This document shows positions 53,873-64,000 of a stretch of 64,000 nt of DNA, piece after piece. The stretch's first letter is position 1; every line of letters starts with the position of its first letter. The notes beneath the pieces are model-generated. The model searched no databases and was not told the DNA's origin. It saw only the letters and a list, made by a program, of their open reading frames with translations. Source of the DNA: Lobosporangium transversale. Lineage: Eukaryota. The DNA lies in NCBI RefSeq assembly GCF_002105155.1, contig NW_019029017.1, positions 310,001 through 374,000 on the forward strand, read 5' to 3'. The translations under genes and the position numbers were made by a program.

Positions 53873-55474
53873 AGATTATAAAGTAACATATCTTTGCCTC
53901 TGTTCAGGAATAACATTCTGTGCAACACTACTGAAAGTGCGGTGAAGACGGTAGCCCAAGGTCGGCAAACACCAACCACTACAGCGCCAAAATATAAATA
54001 AATAAATAAATAAGGTGTTAAGGAAACTGCTGAAAACGAAAGGTATTCTAGTAAATGATCGTGAGAGGCTACAGAACTTAAATAGAGGCCTCATAATGGA
54101 GCATTGATCTCTTGTTACTTTCTTACGTCGTCTTCAATGTTCATATCATGTTGCAGTTTAAATTTTGCATGGCTTATTTTTATTGGTCTTGGGCGAAATC
54201 ATTTCCTTCGGGCAACTATTTAAACAAACACACGGCCTATGAAAAGCAATTATAGGGTTATCGCCATTCAAGTCTTTAGATGGATAGAGAAGAAGAAGTT
54301 TTTAATAGTCAAATCCTACCTCTTCAGCCTCTTGGGGCAATATGTGTGTACAGGATCTATTTTGGCTATAGCGTAATATAAATGATCTTTACCCCTCTTT
54401 TGCGAAAGAGGCTTTGGTTCAAGGTAGACTGGTGGGGGAGTTAGAGTGGCGAGCTCAGCAGCAGCTTAATGATATAAGCTTGGCGTAACCGAGGAAACCA
54501 ATGTCTCCTGTATCGGAGAAAACTCCAGCCTATAATCTTCTTGAGTAGGACAAACACAACTGTGTTGAGAAGAGCAACTTGTGTTCATGCAAACCACGCA
54601 GCCAAGCTCGACTGCAAGCTCAGCTCCTGTTTTGCCTCTTCTTTACGTCTTCTGTTTTTCTTTTCCATTCTCTCTCCTGTTCAAGGGAATTAAGTAGGGC
54701 GCGCTCGTCAACGAAGCTGTAGATCCTGTCATTAAGTTTCTCTTCATCCTCCGCATCCTTCGCTTGCTGCTCTGCTAGCTCCTCTACAGGCTGTGCTTGG
54801 ATGGCGCGTGGCACAGCCCGCCGGAATCTTAGTGCTCAGATGATGCGTCGTACACTCGATGTGGAGCCATTCGACGGTAGAATGGTTTTCTAGTGGTTCG
54901 AGCTGCCATAAATTGAGCGAGAGCGCTTGACAGGTAACTGACTTGTGGAAGTTGCAGCAGACGCCGAACGTGTGGAGCATGTGGCAGCAGTCGAAGACGA
55001 ACGTGTGAAACGTGCGGCAGACAAAATAATTGTTTTTTAAAGTTGAACAGATAAAATAAACGAAAGCAATGAAAACAAATGTCCTGAAGAATATGGAAGC
55101 AAGGATTTAAAGAGAGAGGAATATTAAGAATTAGAACAGTAAAACAAAGAGAACGGGTTCACGTTTTAAATCTCCAGTTCATCGTAGACGTTAAAGGGTC
55201 ATGTCACATGGTAAAAATAAATAAATAAAATTAAGTGGGTCTATATCATTGACTATCCGCACTCCTGCCACTCACAAATGAGTGAATCCTCAAGCTGCTA
55301 CTTATTAATGTAGTTTTTTTTTTTTTTTTTTTTTTTTTTTATGGTATCAATGAAGCCGCAGCTTGAAACAGCCACCTAATTTCGCAACCACTTAGTTTTT
55401 CGTCTTTTAAATAGAGATATAGAAAATATATTTATACTTTTCTGTAGATGCAAAATGTTATTTTTTTTTACTCT

Positions 55475-56916
55475 TCACTTGCCGTTCTCTGATAACCACT
55501 TGTATGCAGCACTAAAATCGAGATTCTCGTATTCCTTATTGGCAGCCATCTGGTTATAGAGCTGCTGAGCAAGGGCACCGAGAAGTACTGTCGACTTTGT
55601 CTCGACTGCAGCATTGACTGCCAGACGCAGATCCTTAGCCATCAGGGGCATACCAAATCCACCTGTGTAGCCCCTTGAGGCCGCAGAGTTCTCCTGAACA
55701 CCGGGACAGGGATTATAGACCTCACTGCTCCAGCAGCGACCGCTTGAGGTATTGAGGATCCCTGCCAATAGCTTGGGGTCCATTCCCATGCGTACACCCA
55801 AGTTCATGGTTTCTGAGGTGGCAATCATGGAAATGCCCAATAGCATGTTATTACAGATCTTGGCAACTTGACCGTTGCCATTTGTGCCACAGTAGACAAT
55901 ATTCTTTCCCATCTTTGCAAGATAAGGTTTAGCAATATCAAAGTCAGCATCTGTCCGAGATCCTACCATGAAGGTGAGTGTTCCAGCTTGAGCACCTCCC
56001 GTTCCTTTCATTAATGCCATTTATCGATAAGTTAGGAAGGTAATAATAATAATAATAATAATAATAAAAACATTGTTTAGATTGTTGAAAGTTTAGAATC
56101 TCGATCAATTGGCGAAAAAAAAAAAAAAAAAAAAAAAAATGCAGTACCACCAGAAACAGGTGCATCAATAGCTTTTGCACCCTTTTCGTGCAAATCCTTG
56201 GCAACACGGACGGCCATGGACTGGTCAATAGTAGAGGCATCCATGACCAAGTGTTTGTCTGTCAGACCATCCAAAAGACCAGTCTTTCCAAAGTACACAC
56301 TTTCGACATGTTGCGAAGCAGGCAGCATGGTGACAATGACAGTCGCTTGTTGCGCAACTTCCAAAGGACTCTTTGCGACTTTAACCTTATCCTTATTATT
56401 AGGATCCGTGTTATGGTCTTTGACAAAAGTGGAAGTTGTCTTTTGGTTGATATCGTAAACAATAAAATCAGCCTCATGCTTGAAACCGTTGAAAAGATTG
56501 GTCGCCATGGGCAGACCCATGTTGCCTAGACCAACAAACCCGATTCTCTTGACCTTGGACTGTTTAAATGTCAGATTAAAAATTAATTTTAATTTTGCTT
56601 GGCCTCTAACCGTGGGTAAAAAAAATTGAAGGCTGATTTGCATTATTTGCTTTGAGAGAAGGAAACAAAGGACTTACATCTAGTCAAACATAATAAATGG
56701 AATTGAGCAAACCCACGGATAACAGTAAGTATTCAAGATCAAAGCATTAGAAACTGAAGTATTTAATGATGTAGTTTAGGAGTTAGAGTTGTTTTCTAAA
56801 CAGGGGAAGACAAACATACCAGTGGACTTGAAGCGAAGACCCGAAATAGGCGTTGTAAGCGAAGTTGACAGACGGGCGCTGGCACGCGTCGAGCGGGCAA
56901 GGAATGAGGTGATCAT
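55475..56916 (-). CDS. 3-hydroxyisobutyrate dehydrogenase, mitochondrial
   Basis: Arg/Ser-rich presequence exon (MITSFLARSTRASARL), IGFVGLGNMGLPMATNL, VTMLP, DASTID, DAPVSGG, GTLTFMVG, KICNNMLLGISM, LNTSSGRCWSS, LMAKDL; three exons. Confidence 0.92.
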
Positions 56917-57558
56917 GGTAGACAGAGAGGGTAAAGAAGAGATGATGCAGTTGAGACGGGGGGGGGGGGGGGGGGGAATGAAATGAATGAGAATAAGAAC
57001 GAGAATAAGAATGAGAATGGAAGAAAGAAGAAAGAAGAAAGAAGAAAGAGACATGAAAAGAATCGATAATTGGATAGGATTAAGTTACTCCTGAACTACC
57101 CGTTTTTTCAATAATTTTATAAAATTTTACCATGAATAACTACTACACAAGTTGCGGGTATTGGCTCTTTTTCAATGAACTTGTTGGAGGTTACTCCGTC
57201 AGGTTGGACCAAACCGTCAAGCTGTCAAGGATCATGATTCATCGAGAGTTTGTTTCCTTCCACCTACTTGGGGGGATCAATGAAATCGTGGATGTTCAAT
57301 ATACTTGTTATGATCCACAGTCCTGGGCAACTTGACACCACGATGTAATTTATGGAACCCCAAAAATTGTGTGAATGTGGAGAGCGTGAGAAGAATTTGG
57401 GACTGTACGAAATTGTTTGACCAGCTCAAATGTTACGAGTCAAACAGATTTTTTCCGTCAATTTTCCTCGACATCGCTCATTATTATTATTTTTTTTGTT
57501 TTTGTTTCCTCATTCCATTCCCTCCATTCTTTTCATACACAACATAGTCCTTATACCA

Positions 57559-59042
57559 ATGATGACTCTGGCTAATCAACTTCGCGTTCTCACAGGTAAG
57601 ATTAAACGAGTCCATCTGTGTAGTGTTTATGAGCGGAGTGTGAGCACGATTGTGTGTCCTTTCTTGACTTTTAATTGACATGGCAGGATATACCTGTCTT
57701 TATGAGCCTTAAAGAGACATTGAGAAGTCAGAGCTATACCATCATCTCGTCCTTTGTAAATGATTTCTCTCACATGAAACTATTGCAACTACCCTATATA
57801 TATCTTCAGTTGACCATAAACTAACTTTCTATTTTCTTCGTTTATATGACAGTTGGCACAGGTGCTATCGGCGCATTTTATAGCTGGCGTCTCCAGCAAT
57901 CAGGCGGCTGTGTCGTTACTACCGTCTGTAGATCTAATTACGAGGTTATTAAGGTAAAAGGGATCAAGATTCAAACCGCTGCTTGGGACGAAGGCCCTCA
58001 TATCTTCAGACCCGACCATGGTAAAAAAAAATTGTTTTATGAGTCAAGAGGATCATTCCAATCCGACATGAATATTCCATAAACGGTATAGAATATTTTC
58101 ATTAATTTATTTTTCGTTTCACGAAAAAACAAAAAAAAAAAAAAAAAAAAAAAAGTGGTCAATACTGTGCCTTGTGAGACGTTTGACTTTATCATGGTAT
58201 GTATGAAGGCTTTGCCTCAAGTGTACAACATTGCCGACATCATCGCCCCTGCTGTCAATGCGTCTCCCAACGCTGCCATTGTCCTGATTCAGAATGGCAT
58301 TGGAATTGAAGACCCAATCAAAGCACGGTTCCCTCGTAACCCTATTTTATCGACTATTGCCTACATTGGAGTCACACAAAATGAAGCTGGTGTTGTTTTT
58401 CACTCGGGACACCTTCGGGATTTGATCATTGGCCTGTTCGAGCCTGTCAAAGGTGTTGATGCCAAAAGCGTTCTCCAGATCTTTGGTCAGCTCTGTGAAA
58501 AGGCAGATATTGGTACAACTATCACGGACGAGATTCAATCCTACCGTTGGCGAAAGCTCGTCTGGTGAGTTAGCCATTCTCTACCTTCTGTTATAGATGA
58601 GGAAGTGATTTTTTTTATAAAAAAAAAAAAAAAGCTCACAATCAGAAATTATGTCTTTCTTAATAGGAGCGTCTCTATGAATCTTATTTCCATCCTCTCG
58701 GAACTCAGGACTGTATCCAACGTCCTTGCAAGTGAGAAGTACAAACAGTTATTAGTGACAGTCATGGAAGAAGTCGTCGCTTTAGGCTCGGCCTTGGGTT
58801 ATGACGTACCTCCTACGTTGGTAGGCCAGAGCATAGCTACAAGTGAAAGTTTGTTTGAAGGATATAAGGCCAGTTTGGTAGTGGATTTTGAGGAAGGACG
58901 GCCAATGGAAACCGAAGTCATCTTTTCGAACCCAATCAAGATAGCAGAGAAACATCAACTTACACATCTAATCCCAACTTGGTACCGAATGCATAAGGAG
59001 CTTTTCGAATACTTGGCAAAGCATCAAGCTGAAAGGAAATAA
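57559..59042 (+). CDS. Ketopantoate reductase (PanE/ApbA)-family oxidoreductase
   Basis: Exons 57559-57595, 57853-58020, 58156-58564, 58667-59042: LRVLTVGTGAIG, CRSNY, VCMKALP, LIQNGIGIE, RWRKLVW, YKASLVVDFEEGRPMETE. Confidence 0.85.
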
Positions 59043-59061
59043 GCATGGATACAAGCAAACA

Positions 59062-59092
<31 letters not shown>

Positions 59093-60633
59093 GAAGTAAA
59101 TAGCTACTGTTCTAATACATGTAGATATAAAGGTTTTTTGATTCATTCAAAGGCAAAGCGCATTCATATTCGGTCCATTCATTGGTGGCTGTTTTTTATC
59201 CGCAACAAGGAAGCTAATTGGCTGCTTGTCCATTTGAGTTGTTCAAAAAAATAATCAAGGTGCGACTGCATGAACCAGTCAAGGCTACATGACATTGGCT
59301 ACCATTTCAAGCATGTTCACGTTGATTTTTTTTTTTTTTACAAAAAAATAAACGAGTCTATCAGCATTTGAGCTCATGCCAATGTCTTTCTGTCTTTGAG
59401 CACCATTGAGCAGCAATGAAGAGACATTTATTTGTATTCGAACTTTTGTACTTTTTGTATCTGCGCATGCTTGCTGTTTGTTTGTTTTTGTCATTGGAGA
59501 ATAAATTTTATTGGACATGTCCTCCCATGTCCATGAATATATTCTTTTTACATAATTCAATATCCATCTCCCATGTGCATCAAAACTATTAATCAATTAA
59601 TCTCTTTTTTGCTCTCTCTCTGTATTTTTTTTTTTTTAACCCCTCTTTTTTCATTTTCTTGTACTTATCCATCAGTCTCATTCTAATTCTCACTCTCACT
59701 CTCTCATTGCTAGTGCCATTGTCATTCTCATTCTCATTTTCTCATTCACATTTACATTCGCAATATCGTACCCTTCTTGATACCCCATCCTTCCTAGTCT
59801 TGACTGCTTTACACATCTCTCTGCAACTCTGTAAGTTTTTTTATTTCCTTCACCCCATTTGCTCTACCTCTTCTTCTTCCTCTTCCTCTTCCTCTCTCCG
59901 CCTTCGCCCTCCCCTTGATTCACGCAGACCTGAGATCGTTCTAATTTCTTCCCCAAGTATCATCACATTACATCAACACCACTCAGCAACGCACTCAGAG
60001 ATACACAAAGTACAAACCATCTTGCACCTTATCACCTCACATCTCGTCCCACTCAATTTACCTTTTTCTCTCTCTCCTGACTCTCATTTCTTGGCTGTTT
60101 GCTTCGCCTGTCTACACATCTTTCATCATACCACATTCCATTCGTTATTTAACACTCTACACGTCCATTTGTTTGCCTTTCACCAGAATTTCAAAAGACG
60201 ACACCATAACAATCCTCTCCATTCACCCCTCGGCTGCCACTCACATCTCCATTTTCTTCTGCTGACCGTCTCATGCATATTCGCCTTCAACGTTGATTTC
60301 AACTCTCCCTTCTTCTGTGTCATCATTATTATCAACAGGTTTTTTTTTTTTTTTTTTTTTCCTCCAACTCGTCTCCGTTTCACTTCTATCCTGCTATCCT
60401 GCAAAACAGAACACAGCCCCACCATTTTTTTTTTCTTTTTGAAAAAGGCAATTCAGTCATTTTGGCCTCAAAGTGCAACATTCGATTTGAAAGGCATTAA
60501 AAATACTAATGCTTTTTATATATATATTATTTTATTTTATTTTTTTTATAGTAGATCCCTGAACTGTTATTTTGAATAACAAAGTCAGAGGTTTTTCTCC
60601 TATTAAACTCAACTCTACCGTGGCGCCTGAAGC

Positions 60634-63600
60634 ATGACCGGACAGTCTCAGGCACAAGGCACTGCCGCGGCCATTGAGACATCTGTCCAAGTCGGTATGT
60701 ATGCCAAAAGCCGTCTTCATTTTACTCTTACAACCATCCAAGTCCAAAAAAAAATGCTATCGACTTTACAGCAAAGCTCCAACAATCATGCTCATCTTTT
60801 AAGCAATACAATCAAGGCTGTATTTTCTGCCTTGCAGGAATGGCATTGTTTAAAAGAGGAAAAAATAGATGCTCTTACTGTGCGCTCTAATTGCTTGTCA
60901 GATTGCTAGCGGTTTATCAGTAGCTCAACATATTATTCTTTCAATCCTTTAAACCACAAGGATACTCGCTCTCATCGCTCACACCTATTTTATTGCCCAC
61001 CCTTTTTCATTTCGAGTTGATGTGCACACAGCGACCTTCAACATAAAAAGCATAACAGTCTTTTGGTCAGCGTATAGTCAGCCAAGTAAAATAGTTTGCT
61101 TTTCTCTCACAACAATATTTGCTTTTTTTTTTTTTTTTTTTTTTTATTCAACTGATATAAACTACAATAGCTCTTCGGATCCGACCCATCATAACGGACC
61201 CAAAGAATGTAAACAAAGCTCGAGGGCGCGCTGAGACAGAAGTACTCTCAGTTATTGAACGCTCGCCTACACCCTCATCTTTATCCTCTGCATCAGGTGC
61301 GCCTGCACACGACCAACCTCAACAAGTTGTAGTCGTCCCAGTCCAAAGATATTTCACGTTTGACCATGTCTTTGGTACTAACGCTACACAAGAGGAGATC
61401 TATCAAGGCAGTGTCAAACGAATGGTTGACAAATTCATGGAAGGTAAAGAGTGAGCTCCTCCCCCTGCATGGCTGTTCGTTCGTCTGCTTTGCAATAATG
61501 ACAGTCTGTACTGGAAACTACATCAATGGTAACATAAAAACAAAATGACTTGATTTTTCATGCATTTTCTTTCCACCAACAATTTAATTAATGATAGGTT
61601 ACAATGTAACGATTATGGCATATGGCCAGACTTCTTCTGGAAAAACATATACTATGGGCACTGGGGCACCATCATCTGAGGACCGAGGTAGCCCTTCAGA
61701 AGGTTAGTAAATTCAACACTGAAAAGCATTCGCTTGAAGCTGAAGGGGATAGTCTGGATATGCACGGACTTGTCACAAGCATGGAGTGTATACATGCAGG
61801 AACTAGGGATGGCTCGCGCACGTGCTAATGTATCCACCTAAAAACATTTTGCACCATATATCTACACAGGTATCATCCCACGCGCAGTGGCACAACTTTT
61901 TCATGATGCTAGAAAACCACCTCCTGTATACCCAGGCTATAAAATCCCGCCTCTCAAGACAAGCTTTCGCGTATCTTTTGTGGAGATTTATAACGAAGAT
62001 CTAATCGATTTATTGGCAAAAGGAGATTTTCGTCCTCCCGTAACCATTCGTGAAGATACAAAGGGAAATATTTTTTGGACAGGAGTACAGGAAATTGCTG
62101 TCGCATCAGTAGAGGAAGTCATCCAGTAAGTACTATATGCTGCAAGAGTAATAATGCACATGTGTAATCATTCACCAGATTATAACTAAAAAAAAAAAAA
62201 AAAAAAAAAAATAGTTTACTTTGGTATGGCTCTCAGAACCGACAGACACATTCCACAGAGATGAATGAAAAATCATCTAGATCCCATGCTATCTTCAGCA
62301 TAACCTTACGGCAAGAAAAGTTTGTTCCAACCCATCCTCCTCCACCATTACCCGTCATAGACTCTTTAAATTCTCCCACGTTATCCAAAAATGCACATCC
62401 CAGGTCACCCAGTCTAAGCAATACCACTAGTATCGTACCAGGATCACCAGCCTCGATTCGACCCGGAACGCCAACTACCATGGGGGCATCTAGTATTCCT
62501 ATGCCATTTTCAAGCGGAATCGCTATTCCAGGTTCAAAGCTGAAGCGCCAGAGCACTCTGTCCGATATAACAGCATTAACAGCCCCTTCAACGCCGATTT
62601 CGACCGCAAATGATGATCCAGAGCCTGATGGCGAATGGGTTGTTCTAAATAGTAAATTTCATTTTGTGGACTTGGCTGGCTCTGAGCGTCTGAAGCGGAC
62701 ATCGGCCATCGGTGATCGTGCAAAAGAGGGAATCAGCATCAATGCAGGGCTTCATGCACTAGGAAATGTTATTTCCGCACTAGGGGATCCTAGTAAAAAA
62801 GCAAGTCATGTACCATATCGTGATTCAAAACTTACGAGGTTGCTACAGGACTCATTGGGAGGCAATGCACTGGCCCTGATGATTGCCTGTGTTAGTCCAA
62901 GCGAAATTAATCTTAATGAGACTCTTGTGAGTACAGATGAGTTATTATTACACATGGGAATACTCGTAGTGAGGGTTTAGTATCGATTTAGCAGAAAAAA
63001 AGAAAAAAAAAAATGGAAATCTAATCGTTTTTTCATCTGAACATGGGATGATAGAATACACTCAAGTATGCAAACCGCGCACGTAACATCAAAAACTCTT
63101 CCACTTTAAACCAGGAAGTAAATATGGACAACCCAGAATACTTGCGCTCCATCATCCAGAAGCTTAAAATGGAGATAAAAATGCTCAAGGAAGCCAATAC
63201 TAAAATGGGAGTGGGTTCAGATGACAATGGGAATTCAGCCTTAGACAGCCCAAGTCCCAAAACTATCCAATCAGGTCGTCTTTCAATCCAATCAACTGCT
63301 ACTTTTGCGCCTGGAGGACTCGACGATGCTCTGAGTGACCGTGCCTTCTCGCCTTCACCCTCAACGAGGCTCTCTCATTATCAAAGTCGCGAATCACTCT
63401 CCACTGATATCAGTCATAGTTATTTGGATGCCGTCCAGGAAGAGGAGGACCGCTATTCGGATATTTCGTCTACTATCAGGACAGACGTAGTTCGTACGGG
63501 TGCCAGCAGTGCGAGTGAGACGACAGCTACTTCACCTACGTCCCGGCCCAATATTGCGCCCCTAGTCATTCCACAGCTCCTTGATACCAAATCTTTTCAG

Positions 63601-64000
63601 GAGTTTGTTGAGCCAGTCATTGAAGAATACGAAAAAGTCATTTCAGGACTAGAGACTCATTTGGCTATGACACAAGCAGCTTTAAACCACTCGGAGCTTA
63701 TACTAGAAGAACAACAAGGTCGGATTGATATTATCGAGGACGAAAACCGGATGTTGCTCCGAAAGCAACAGCAATTCAAGTCGGGTAGCGGTAGTGAGTC
63801 AGATGAAGCTGCTAATTCACGGAATCAGCAAAAGGAACTTCAGAGACAACTGCAGACTGTTCAGCAGCAGCTAAAAGAAGTAGAGGAACGCAAAGCTCAG
63901 AAAGAACAGTATATCGAACAGCTAGAACAAAAACTTGCTCAAGAAAAGGAAGTAATTGAGGAGCGGATTCAAGAAGCCTTGAAGAAGAAGGAGGAGGAGC
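60634..64000 (+). CDS. Kinesin motor protein, kinesin-4 (KIF4/KIF21)-like; runs off the window end
   Basis: [118 protein letters not shown], followed by coiled coil. Confidence 0.9.

Noticed and set aside
59659..60579. 306-aa ORF rich in S/H/L/F
   Set aside because: Non-ATG start and a by-product of CT/CA-rich low-complexity sequence upstream of the kinesin; probably promoter or 5'UTR.

Overview
Intron-rich, gene-dense fungal genomic DNA with GT-AG introns, CTAAC/CTGAC branch sites and many poly-A/T runs. Gene content suggests an early-diverging lineage such as Mortierellaceae/Mucoromycota (inference). About 21 spliced or single-exon protein genes can be reconstructed: a kinase tail, an RNAi RdRP, MED20, SGT2, a divergent cyclin that the ORF track misses, VPS1, a GT49 glycosyltransferase, a Pep12/Vam3-type syntaxin, VPS54, RPS1, RPL10, a cytochrome c heme lyase, mitochondrial uL11, a JTB-like protein, REX4, SCS7, a TTLL12-like protein, an AcpS-type PPTase, DHR1, HIBADH, a ketopantoate reductase-like protein and the start of a kinesin. 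The most notable signals are: (1) two separate decayed Fanzor/TnpB-like RuvC nuclease relics in intergenic DNA (~23.7-24.7 kb and ~41.3-41.7 kb); (2) a 7-nt micro-exon needed to complete the region next to the RdRP DLDGD active site; (3) an 8-exon cyclin with a non-canonical MRAIL patch; (4) a JTB-like gene with a duplicated splice acceptor. No tRNA, rRNA or CRISPR array was recognised. All identifications come from manual motif reading, not database searches.
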